From positions 1 through 64,000 of IMG/VR virus record IMGVR_UViG_3300027806_000001: a DNA stretch of 64,000 nt, one strand, 5' to 3'. Position numbers and translations under genes: made by a program. Below, one piece after another: positions 48,238 through 56,404 of the stretch. Source of the stretch: a virus. The notes below the pieces were generated by a model, which saw only the letters and a list, made by a program, of their open reading frames with translations, was not told where the DNA came from and made no database searches. Position 1 is the first letter of the stretch; each line of letters begins with the position of its first letter.

Positions 48238-49127
48238 TGGCCGTCCATTTTACCTTTGTGCTGGTTTTCCACGAACCGGGGCGGGTTGTCCCCATACAGG
48301 GCAAGCATCTTGGCGTCGTCGGTGCCGGCCCGGAGCGGATCGGCCGGCATGGAGTTCTGGGTCATCAGGCCGTAGGTGAACGACTTGAGCATCACCGACA
48401 CGACCTGGGAGGCGAAGCCGTCCTCCTCCTTCTGGGGACCGGCCAGGGCCTCGATCTTCTTGCGCTCGTTGATGTTGTCCTTGGCCAGGCCGATCAGCTC
48501 GACCGCGTTGCGGGCGTTCGGCGTGACGCCGTTGGCCGCCTGGATGCCCTTGGAGAGGACCAGGTTGTTGAACACGGTCTCGAACATGGACTGCAGCTGG
48601 TGCTCCGAGCAGCGCTCGAGGGCCTCCAGCATCTTCCGGCCGCCGAAGACTGCCATGCGCTTCCACATCGCCTCCGTGCTGAACGGAGCGGACCTCAGGG
48701 TGGGCTCGATGACCCACCGGTTGATGTAGCCGTGGTTGCCCAAGTTGTCCTGGACGTCGAAGAAGCACTTCACGTACTGCTCGATGACCTCGGCCCTGTG
48801 GCCGACCACCGACGCCACCTCGGAGTAGGAGTAGCCGGCCAGGATCCGGGTGTCGACGTCGGTCCGGTAGGCCGGCCCGTGCTCGAACATCATCATGGCG
48901 TCGGCGACGTCCGGGTGCTCGTCCTTGTAGGCCTCGACCTCGTCGACGGGGGCCTGCCGGATCTTCTTCATCAGGTCGAACAGCCCGCGGACGTAGGAGT
49001 CGTCCTCCTTGCGGGGCTCGCGCCACTCGTCCAGGAGCTTGGAGACGTAGACATACCGCCAGTCGGGGCTCTTCAGCCTGCGCGGGGCGGGAGTCTTGTC
49101 GGAAAGCGGGACCTTGGCCTTGCGCAT
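48234..49127 (-). CDS. hypothetical protein with HTH-like segment, 297 aa
   Basis: TRILAGYSYSEVASVVGHRAEVIEQY resembles an HTH; coupled to both neighbours. Confidence 0.6.
   Translation of the reverse strand: MRKAKVPLSDKTPAPRRLKSPDWRYVYVSKLLDEWREPRKEDDSYVRGLFDLMKKIRQAPVDEVEAYKDEHPDVADAMMMFEHGPAYRTDVDTRILAGYSYSEVASVVGHRAEVIEQYVKCFFDVQDNLGNHGYINRWVIEPTLRSAPFSTEAMWKRMAVFGGRKMLEALERCSEHQLQSMFETVFNNLVLSKGIQAANGVTPNARNAVELIGLAKDNINERKKIEALAGPQKEEDGFASQVVSVMLKSFTYGLMTQNSMPADPLRAGTDDAKMLALYGDNPPRFVENQHKGKMDGQ
48247..48254 (-). promoter_or_regulatory. -10-like GGTAAAAT
   Basis: 9 nt before the ATG at 48237. Confidence 0.45.
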
Positions 49128-51307
49128 CAGAACATTTGGTTGAGGTCGGTCTCGACCGCCGAGCCAGCGTCGGACTGGATCTTGCGTTCCTTGAACTTCA
49201 GGATGAGCTCCCCGAGGCTGAGGAAGACGGTGCGGACCGACTCCTCCATGCTGGGCAGGTCTTCCTGGCTGAACCTCTCGGCGAACTTGTCGCCGTGGAA
49301 CAGGATAAGGAAGTAGATCCGGCCGAGGCGGTCGAGGGAGGTCGTGAGGTCCGCCATGTACTGGTCGAGCGGGGTGTCGATGTCCGTCCGGCTGATCAGC
49401 TCGGAGATGTTGGCGACGTCGAACACGTCGCGGTCGCCCGACTGGGCGGCCTGCATGATCGAGTCGACCGACTCCTGGGGCAGGGCCGGCTGCGTCTGGG
49501 CCATGCCGCTCAGGCTGTTCATGATCATCTGGTTCTGGATGTTGCCCGGCTGGCCCGTCGAGGCGCTCATGGTCTGCGCCTGCGGGTACTGCTCCGGCAC
49601 GCCCAGGACGGGGTTCATGCCCATCGGGACCGGCGGGATGTCAGGAGTGGCGACCATGCCGGGGGCGAAGAACGGCTGGGCGCGCTTCTCGTAGCGGGCG
49701 ACCGGCGCCTCCTTGGCGGCGGCCTTGGTCAGCAGCCCGCGGGCGTCCTCGCTCGAGAGGCCGACGTCGCGCACCAGAGCCACGTAGGCCTGCTTCCTGG
49801 GCAGCTGGCTGAAGGCCACCTTGCCGTTCAGCACGGCGGTGAAGCCCAGGGGGTCCGAGGCCATCTTGACCTCGTCGTAGCTGTGAAGGATCTTGTGGTC
49901 GATGTCGCGGGCGGTGCCCAGGCGAAGCTCCGGATCGCCGTAGTCGTGCTTGTAGCTCTTGGCCTTGGCGGTCTCCGGGACGTAGAGGACCCGGTCGACG
50001 ATCTTGATCCGGCGGTGGGCCGGAGAGACGACGACCTCCTCGATGTCGAGGTCCCAGCAGCCATCGGCCTTGTAGGTCTTCGAGCCGCCGGAGCTGACGC
50101 CGGGACTAAGCTTGATGGGACCGATGGCCTGGCTGCCGTCGGCCTCGATGAAGATCGTCCGCTTGGTCTTGGAGTCGGAGGGGTAGGGGTAGCTGGCGTT
50201 GACCTGAGCCTCGCCGGCCGGCTTGAGTCCGTTCAGGAACTTCTGGAAGGCGTCCTTGTCGCCCAAGGTGCCGAGCGTGAACATCTCGGTGCTGGGCGCC
50301 TTGACCGGAGCCTTGGAACCCTCGAGCGGGAAGAAGAACTGGACGGTCGACTGCGGGGTGCTGCCGAAGTTGGGTCCGTGGCCCAGGCTGGAGTCGGTGC
50401 CGGGGGTCTTGCACAGGCGCATGCACTGGATGACGGCGCCCTTCATCAGGTCGCCGCCGCGGACGAGCACGTCGTAGACGCCTGCGCAGTCGCAGACGTT
50501 GAAGGCCATGGGGGCCTGCATCTTGTACGGGATGCGTGGGCCGTTGTCGCGGTTGTCGCGGACGACCACGCCCTCGAAGAGCAGGTCCTTCTTCTGGGAC
50601 TCGGTCAGGGTGTCGAGCACGTCCTGCTCGCAGCAGGCGTCGATGACCTCGACGTCGACCTTCTTCTCGGTGTCGAGGAGGATGTTCTCGGCCTCCTTGC
50701 AGCCGTCGAGGGCCTCGTACAGCCCCGGGCCATACATGTCGGAGGCCAGCTTGTGCAGCTCGGGATGCGCCATCAGGGTGCCGATGTAGGCCTGGGAGAA
50801 CCGGCAGTCGGCCTGCTTGATGAACGACAGGAAGGAGAGCGGCGGGAAGTCCGGCATCTCCATCATCCGGTCCATGCCCAGCTTGGTGTTCATCGTGGGG
50901 TTGTAGATCTTGTTCAGATCCGCCCCGCCCTGCATGTTGGTGAACAGCTGGCCCCGGGTCAGCTCGGACGGGACGCCGAGCTCGGCCGGGTTCGTGTTCA
51001 GCAGGCTGTCGACCCAGTTCTCCTTGTTGGGGACGAACAGGTCCTGGTCCTGGTTGTAGAGCAGCTCGGCGCCCTTGAGCTCGCCGTTCTTGTAGAACAC
51101 CGGCACGTAGAGGGACCTGCCGTTGACGTCGAAGCGGAAGAGGCCGACGGCCTGGGTGCCGTCGTCGTTCTTGTTGACGACCTCGAAGCCCAGCATGTAG
51201 TCCATCAGGTTGGGGATCTTGTCCCTGATGTACGCGAAGGCGAGCTGGAAAAAGTTCTGCTCGAACGTGGCGTCATCAGCCAACTTGATGGAGGTCTTTC
51301 GGGGCAT
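49127..51307 (-). CDS. large head-module protein of unknown function, 726 aa (start re-called)
   Basis: AGGA SD before the ATG at 51307; multi-domain; about 14 K-x-A motifs. Confidence 0.7.
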   Translation of the reverse strand: MPRKTSIKLADDATFEQNFFQLAFAYIRDKIPNLMDYMLGFEVVNKNDDGTQAVGLFRFDVNGRSLYVPVFYKNGELKGAELLYNQDQDLFVPNKENWVDSLLNTNPAELGVPSELTRGQLFTNMQGGADLNKIYNPTMNTKLGMDRMMEMPDFPPLSFLSFIKQADCRFSQAYIGTLMAHPELHKLASDMYGPGLYEALDGCKEAENILLDTEKKVDVEVIDACCEQDVLDTLTESQKKDLLFEGVVVRDNRDNGPRIPYKMQAPMAFNVCDCAGVYDVLVRGGDLMKGAVIQCMRLCKTPGTDSSLGHGPNFGSTPQSTVQFFFPLEGSKAPVKAPSTEMFTLGTLGDKDAFQKFLNGLKPAGEAQVNASYPYPSDSKTKRTIFIEADGSQAIGPIKLSPGVSSGGSKTYKADGCWDLDIEEVVVSPAHRRIKIVDRVLYVPETAKAKSYKHDYGDPELRLGTARDIDHKILHSYDEVKMASDPLGFTAVLNGKVAFSQLPRKQAYVALVRDVGLSSEDARGLLTKAAAKEAPVARYEKRAQPFFAPGMVATPDIPPVPMGMNPVLGVPEQYPQAQTMSASTGQPGNIQNQMIMNSLSGMAQTQPALPQESVDSIMQAAQSGDRDVFDVANISELISRTDIDTPLDQYMADLTTSLDRLGRIYFLILFHGDKFAERFSQEDLPSMEESVRTVFLSLGELILKFKERKIQSDAGSAVETDLNQMF

Positions 51308-51327
51308 CGTGGGTTCCTGGCGGGAAA

Positions 51328-51357
51328 CCCCCGGGCCGGCTTTCGCCGGCACGGGGG
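51328..51357 (-). terminator. terminator-like hairpin
   Basis: CCCCCG-U-GCCGGC-GAAA-GCCGGC-C-CGGGGG then UUUCC; 13 nt after the stop at 51371. Confidence 0.55.
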
Positions 51358-51370
51358 AGGAGAGAAGGGA

Positions 51371-52567
51371 TCAGACCGAGAAGCGGGCGACCGCGAACGT
51401 CACGCGGGCCGCGGAGAGGGGGCCGCCGCCGGCCAAGGTGGCACTCAGACGGCCGCCGGGGAGGATGTCGCACGGATGCATCACATCGATCGAGCGGATG
51501 CGGCCCGAGGTGATCGCCGCGGCGTAGATCGGAGTGCCGACGGCGCCCGAGGTCGTGCCGAGGGTGACCGTCGGCGCAGTCAGGTAGCCGCAGCCCTGGC
51601 TGGCAAGGTTGATCTTCACCGGGGTGATGCGGGTCGAGCCCGAGACGACGTCGGTCGAGAACGTGCCGGTGACCGTGGCGGTCGGCGAGGTGAGGCCGGA
51701 GGCATCGCCGAAGGCTGCGTTCGGAGCAATGACGGTCACGACCGCGCTGGAGGCCGACTGAGCGCCGCCGGTGCCAGCAAGGGCGGCCGCCTGCGTCAGG
51801 TGGATGGTGAAGGTGGTGTTGGCGCCGCTGCGGGTGATGTTGCCAAGGAAGACCACGGTCGTACCCGACGTCACGCCGGTGATCGTACCGGTCGTGTAGG
51901 TCAGGATCACCGCGTCGCCGTTAACGAACGGAAGCGGATCGGTGACGGTGACGACACCCGGGGTCGCATTGGTGACCGCGTAGGTCTTGCCGGTGATGTT
52001 GGCAGGGGCCGAAAGCGTAACCGAGCCGCTCTGGGTGGCGAAGTACGCGGCGGACGGCAGCAGGCCGCTGAGATCCGTCTGCTCGGTTCCGGTGATGATG
52101 CCGTTGGCCGCCGAAATGACGTCCGTGGCGGTGTTCAGAATCGACGAGCCGAGGGTGTTGGCCGCGGCAATGCGGTTCTGAACCTGAAGCGACGCGCGGG
52201 CATCGGCTGGAGTCGGACCGGTGACGTTGAGGTTCTCAGGCTGGTCGACGAAGACGCCGACGAGACGACCCGGGTAAAGGAAGTCGTTCGTGTTCCACGC
52301 AGTGCCCTGGACGACGCGGTTCGAGATGAATTCGATGCCGAAGTTGCCGTACTTCAGGTCGCTGTTGGCGATGTCCCGGAGAATGGCTGCGCGGGTAAGG
52401 AGACCCTGCGGGTGGACGAAGGTGTCCTGGAACGTGGTGCACTCCTTCGGGCCGAGCGTGCGGCCGTTAGGGCCGACGTAGCCGAAGAAGCGCGTCGCGC
52501 CCTCGTTCTTGTAGGAGTGGGTGGCGAGGAGCAGCGAACGGTAGTAGGGCAGTGCGTTGAGTGACAT
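51371..52567 (-). CDS. Thr-rich virion surface protein, 398 aa
   Basis: AVTNATPGVVTVT...FVNGDAVIL and GRIRSIDV modules typical of phage structural proteins; followed by a hairpin. Confidence 0.55.
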   Translation of the reverse strand: MSLNALPYYRSLLLATHSYKNEGATRFFGYVGPNGRTLGPKECTTFQDTFVHPQGLLTRAAILRDIANSDLKYGNFGIEFISNRVVQGTAWNTNDFLYPGRLVGVFVDQPENLNVTGPTPADARASLQVQNRIAAANTLGSSILNTATDVISAANGIITGTEQTDLSGLLPSAAYFATQSGSVTLSAPANITGKTYAVTNATPGVVTVTDPLPFVNGDAVILTYTTGTITGVTSGTTVVFLGNITRSGANTTFTIHLTQAAALAGTGGAQSASSAVVTVIAPNAAFGDASGLTSPTATVTGTFSTDVVSGSTRITPVKINLASQGCGYLTAPTVTLGTTSGAVGTPIYAAAITSGRIRSIDVMHPCDILPGGRLSATLAGGGPLSAARVTFAVARFSV

Positions 52568-52618
52568 GGTGTCTTTTTCCTAAAAAGGGGTGAGAGACGG
52601 GTATGAGCTCGTCCTGGA

Positions 52619-53332
52619 TCAGCCCAGGACGTTCTGTGCGGAGGTTCGGGCCGAGTCCGGCAGGTAGCCGAGGCCCTTGTCGATCATGTTCTTGCCGCCC
52701 TCGGTGCCGTAGGCTCCGCGGAGGCCTGCGCCGGCCAGGCCGCCGACGCCGCCGCCGATCAGGGCGCCCTTGAGGGCCGTCATGAGGTAGCTGGGAAGAT
52801 CCGAGTCCTCCTCATCCTGGGAGAACAGGGCGCGGGCCAGGAGGGCGATCGGAATGCCCGCGAGGGCGCCTGCGCCGGCGCCGTAGCCGATGGACTGGCC
52901 GTAGGAGCCGGTGTTTCCGGTCCAGGGCTCCCCGCCTTCGCGCAAGCCTGCTCCGGTCATTGCCGCCGAGTCGGTCATGGAGCTGGAAACCGAAGGATTG
53001 TTCCTGGTGTCGGTTTCTCGGGCTTTCAAGCGAGCACCGGCGTTGTCGGCGTTGACTCGGGCCTGTGCGGCTTCCAAGTTAGCCCGGTTGACTCTCTCCC
53101 GGGACGAGGTGTTTCGAATGTTTTCGACGTCGTCGTAGCTGCGGTCTGCAGGCGTACCAAGCATCCCCTGGAGCTGCTTTTGCAACTGTGCTGCCTCGCG
53201 CGCCTTCTGGTAGTCCTGTCGGGTACCAATAGGCGCCATACCGGGAGGGAGCGTCTGTGCGATCTTGACCAGGAGGGCCGGCTTGCGGGCCTCTGCGGCC
53301 TTGCTGAGCTGGAGGATGGTTTCACGGAGCAT
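52619..53332 (-). CDS. putative internal/ejection protein with glycine-zipper segments, 237 aa
   Basis: GYGAGAGALAGIPIALLA and GALIGGGVGGLAGAGL; N-terminal K-x-A motifs. Confidence 0.6.
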   Translation of the reverse strand: MLRETILQLSKAAEARKPALLVKIAQTLPPGMAPIGTRQDYQKAREAAQLQKQLQGMLGTPADRSYDDVENIRNTSSRERVNRANLEAAQARVNADNAGARLKARETDTRNNPSVSSSMTDSAAMTGAGLREGGEPWTGNTGSYGQSIGYGAGAGALAGIPIALLARALFSQDEEDSDLPSYLMTALKGALIGGGVGGLAGAGLRGAYGTEGGKNMIDKGLGYLPDSARTSAQNVLG

Positions 53333-53355
53333 GTTGGATTCCTAGGTTGCCCAGA

Positions 53356-53364
53356 ATTGTAGCA
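53356..53364 (-). promoter_or_regulatory. extended -10 TGCTACAAT
   Basis: Intergenic, 23 nt before the ATG at 53332. Confidence 0.55.
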
Positions 53365-53371
53365 TTTGGGT

Positions 53372-55231
53372 TCAATAGGTGCCCTTCGGTCCCTTAGAGA
53401 TCTCGCCCGAGGCGAGGGCCGGGATCCACGACGTGCCGTGCAGCTGGGACGTCGAGCCCCGCTGGACGTTCTCGAGGAAGGTCTTCTTGAGGTTGAAACC
53501 TCCGAGCTGCACCATCCAGTCGCGGTCGCCCACCAGGGACTCCATCGCCCTGGTCATGGTCGGCTTGAACGGCGGCGGGTTCGGATGGGCGATCACCTCG
53601 TTGAAGCCGCTGTCCTTGAGTTCCTTGACGACCGACGGCGTGAGCCTGGTGCCGATCGAGTAGTGCATGACAGGCTTCTCCAGGTACTGGCCCTGGAACT
53701 TGCCGGGCTCGCCCACCTGGAATCCCTTGCGTGGCTCGTACTTGGCCGCCACGTAGTCGTAGCTGACGATGTCCTCGGGGTAGGCCCCTGGGATGGCGTC
53801 GGGCTCGGTGACCTCGACCTGGTTGATCAGGCCGCGGGCCACGACCTCGACGTTCCGCCGGTGGACCGGCAGGCCGTTCTCCTGGAGGGCGGACTTGAAC
53901 TGCTGGACGAACCGGCGCCGGGCCTCGCCGATGCCCTTGAGGTCGGCGATGTCCTTGGGGTTGATGACGCCGTCGGACAGGGCGTCGCCCGCCTCCAGGG
54001 TCTGGCCGGGCTTGACCGTGACGGCCTGCTCGGCCGGCACGTAGTAGCGCTCGTTGTTGACGTAGACGTAGTTGCCGCCCTGGGGAGCCGGCTCGATCTT
54101 GCCGACCGATCCGTCCACCTTGGACACGGGGGCGCCGTCGGTGAAGGTCTTGGGAACCTCGACCAGCTGGTTCAGGTACGCGAAGCCGGTGACGGTCCGC
54201 TTGGCCTTGCCCTTGGCGACGCCGCCTCCGTGCTTCGAGTTGAGCATGCCCTGGCTTACAGGTTCGGCGATGGCCTGCGCCGCGGTGATGCCGACGTTCA
54301 TGCCGGTCTCGGCCAGCTTGCCGTGCTCCCGTATGCCAGCGGCGATCCTGGGCAGGCCTCCCATGGCGCTTACCGCGGCGATCGGGGAGTAGACGAAGGC
54401 GCGCTTGACGCCCTTGGCGTTTAGCGCCTTGAGGACCTTGGAGTCGATGTAGGTGCCGCGCTTGAACTCGCCTTCGTCCCGGGCCAGCACCGAGCCGATG
54501 CTGTCAGGGTCGTCGGTCTCGACCATCAGGCCCTGGCCGTCCGGAATGTCCTCGTCGGTGGCCACCAGGCGGTGCGCGGCGGCGGTGAGGCGCTTGGCGA
54601 AGTAGCCCGCCTCGCCGACCGCCAGCTTGACGTCGATCGAGCCGGCCCGGGCGCCGTAGGATCCAGCCCAGTACTCGACCGGGTCCACGCCCTCGGCGTA
54701 GGAGTTGAGCACGGGAATCGGCACCGGCCGGCCCTTGTTGTCCGAGTAGAGCAGGTCCGTGCCGATCATGGACGCCAGCTGGTTCTTGTTGCCGCGGGCG
54801 CCCGCGAAGACCTGCATGGCGAATGGGTTGTCGTTCTTGAGCGCCTCCTGGTAGACGCCGTCGACCAGGTCGCCCTGGTACTTCAGGGCTGCATCGACGA
54901 TGCGTTCGTTCCGGATCTTCGGGTTCTGCTCGGAGCGGACGATCGCCCGGACCTCCTTGCGGAGCTCGTCGGCCAGCTTCTGCTTGATCTTCGGCGGCTT
55001 CAGGTCCTCGAGCGTGAAGCTGGACCTGGTGGACTGCCGGGCGCTCTTGAGGCCGGTCAGGGTCAGGCGATGGATCATCTCCCGGTACTCGTCCGGGTTC
55101 ATCTTCTGCGCCATGTCCGTGAGGAACTTGCGCATGGACGACTTGTCCCAGACGCGCTCGTAGTCGCGGTGCTCCTCCGGCAGCACGGAGTTGATCACGA
55201 GCTGCCCGACGGTGGTCAGCTTCGGTTCCAT
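53372..55231 (-). CDS. rpoC: RNA polymerase beta-prime subunit, C-terminal half only (split subunit), 619 aa
   Basis: Colinear beta-prime motifs: TTVG; AGARGNKNQL; NSYAEGVDPVEYWAGSYGARAG...AGYFAKRL (bridge helix); VGITAAQAIAEPVSQ...H (trigger helices); RRNVEVVAR; C-terminal clamp. No NADFDGD. Confidence 0.9.
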   Translation of the reverse strand: MEPKLTTVGQLVINSVLPEEHRDYERVWDKSSMRKFLTDMAQKMNPDEYREMIHRLTLTGLKSARQSTRSSFTLEDLKPPKIKQKLADELRKEVRAIVRSEQNPKIRNERIVDAALKYQGDLVDGVYQEALKNDNPFAMQVFAGARGNKNQLASMIGTDLLYSDNKGRPVPIPVLNSYAEGVDPVEYWAGSYGARAGSIDVKLAVGEAGYFAKRLTAAAHRLVATDEDIPDGQGLMVETDDPDSIGSVLARDEGEFKRGTYIDSKVLKALNAKGVKRAFVYSPIAAVSAMGGLPRIAAGIREHGKLAETGMNVGITAAQAIAEPVSQGMLNSKHGGGVAKGKAKRTVTGFAYLNQLVEVPKTFTDGAPVSKVDGSVGKIEPAPQGGNYVYVNNERYYVPAEQAVTVKPGQTLEAGDALSDGVINPKDIADLKGIGEARRRFVQQFKSALQENGLPVHRRNVEVVARGLINQVEVTEPDAIPGAYPEDIVSYDYVAAKYEPRKGFQVGEPGKFQGQYLEKPVMHYSIGTRLTPSVVKELKDSGFNEVIAHPNPPPFKPTMTRAMESLVGDRDWMVQLGGFNLKKTFLENVQRGSTSQLHGTSWIPALASGEISKGPKGTY

Positions 55232-56172
55232 CGCTCAAGCACCTCCGCCCCGCAGGGCATCGTGGCGACGCGCCGGTAGTGGGAGTACGGGTCGACCCTC
55301 GCCGACGCAGGCTTCTCCGTGCCGTAGGGCTGGCCGTTGACCAGGAAGCTGGGCGCCGTGTTGAACTGGATGTTCCCCATCGGCCCGCTTTTAGGCCGGT
55401 CAGGGGTGAAGGAACCCAGCAGGCTGCTGAATCCTGGCACCTTGCTGATCATGGTCAGCAGCCACTGCATGAAGTTGTTGGCCGGCTGGGCAAACCCGCC
55501 GAGGCCGGACGTCCAGTCCTTGAACGTGTTCGACAGGTAGTTCTTCGCGCCAAGGTCCTTGTAGTACCTCATGGCCGGAGAGTTAGGATCGAGGACCTTT
55601 TCCTTCAGCCGGGCTGTCATGGCCTCATGGGTGGCTGCGTTCATGCCGCCCAAGCCAAATGCTTTACCTGCGCGAAGCAGCGCCTGCTCACCCCAGCCTC
55701 TGTCGCCGAGGTCGATCGTCGCCTGCACGTCCAGCTTTTCATTGGGATTCAACGCCACCTGGCGGGCCAGGCCCCCCAGGGCCCTGACGCGGGCGGCACG
55801 GTCGGGATTCAGCCGCTCGAAGAGCCTGAAGCCCGCGTCGTCGTTCTCCAGACGACCTCCCCAGTACTTGAAGTCGGCCGCGGTATCGTCGACGAACTTC
55901 TCCATGCCCTGCCGCCCATCCCAAATTGAGACGTTAAAGTCGCGGGCAGGAATATTAAGGCCATAGACTCTAGGAGCCTGCGGAGCCTGCTGGGCCTGCG
56001 GAACCTGCGGAGCCTTCGGGGCCTGCTGAACCTTCGGGGCCTGCTGGACCTGAGGAGCCGGAACCTGCGGAGCCTGCTGGGCCTGAGGAGCCGGAACCTG
56101 CGGGGCCTGCTGAGGCGAAGCCGGTACGGTCTGGGCCAGCTTGAGGAGGAACGTCCGGGTAAGGTCATCCAT
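55216..56172 (-). CDS. putative internal protein with Gln-Ala-Pro repeats, 318 aa
   Basis: MDDLTRTFLLKLAQT leader, QAP repeats, atypical codon usage. Confidence 0.65.
   Translation of the reverse strand: MDDLTRTFLLKLAQTVPASPQQAPQVPAPQAQQAPQVPAPQVQQAPKVQQAPKAPQVPQAQQAPQAPRVYGLNIPARDFNVSIWDGRQGMEKFVDDTAADFKYWGGRLENDDAGFRLFERLNPDRAARVRALGGLARQVALNPNEKLDVQATIDLGDRGWGEQALLRAGKAFGLGGMNAATHEAMTARLKEKVLDPNSPAMRYYKDLGAKNYLSNTFKDWTSGLGGFAQPANNFMQWLLTMISKVPGFSSLLGSFTPDRPKSGPMGNIQFNTAPSFLVNGQPYGTEKPASARVDPYSHYRRVATMPCGAEVLERWNRS
55973..56115. repeat. degenerate tandem repeats encoding QQAPQVPAP / QQAPKV
   Basis: Recurring GGAACCTGCGGAGCC and GCCTGCTG units. Confidence 0.75.
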
Positions 56173-56404
56173 TCTTCAGGTCCACCACGTGAAGCTTTGC
56201 GTCGTCGACGGCCATGCCGGTGATGCGGCGGACCTCCGCGGCGAACTCGGGCTGGCCGACGTGGGTGAAGGAGTAGGTGCCCGCAGGGGTCAGCGTGACG
56301 GCGAACAGAACCCGGTCCTGGTCGTCGTAGACCAGCACCGAGCCGACGTCCTTCTCGTACTTCGGCGGAACGAGGATGTTGGCCTTCTGCGTCCTGACTC
56401 TCAT
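56165..56404 (-). CDS. hypothetical protein, 79 aa
   Basis: Coupled by overlaps to both neighbours; globular composition. Confidence 0.65.
   Translation of the reverse strand: MRVRTQKANILVPPKYEKDVGSVLVYDDQDRVLFAVTLTPAGTYSFTHVGQPEFAAEVRRITGMAVDDAKLHVVDLKNG

Noticed and set aside
48234-49127. Terminase small subunit call for the HTH-like protein
   Set aside because: Only a weak HTH-like pattern, and no large terminase or portal next to it; left as hypothetical.
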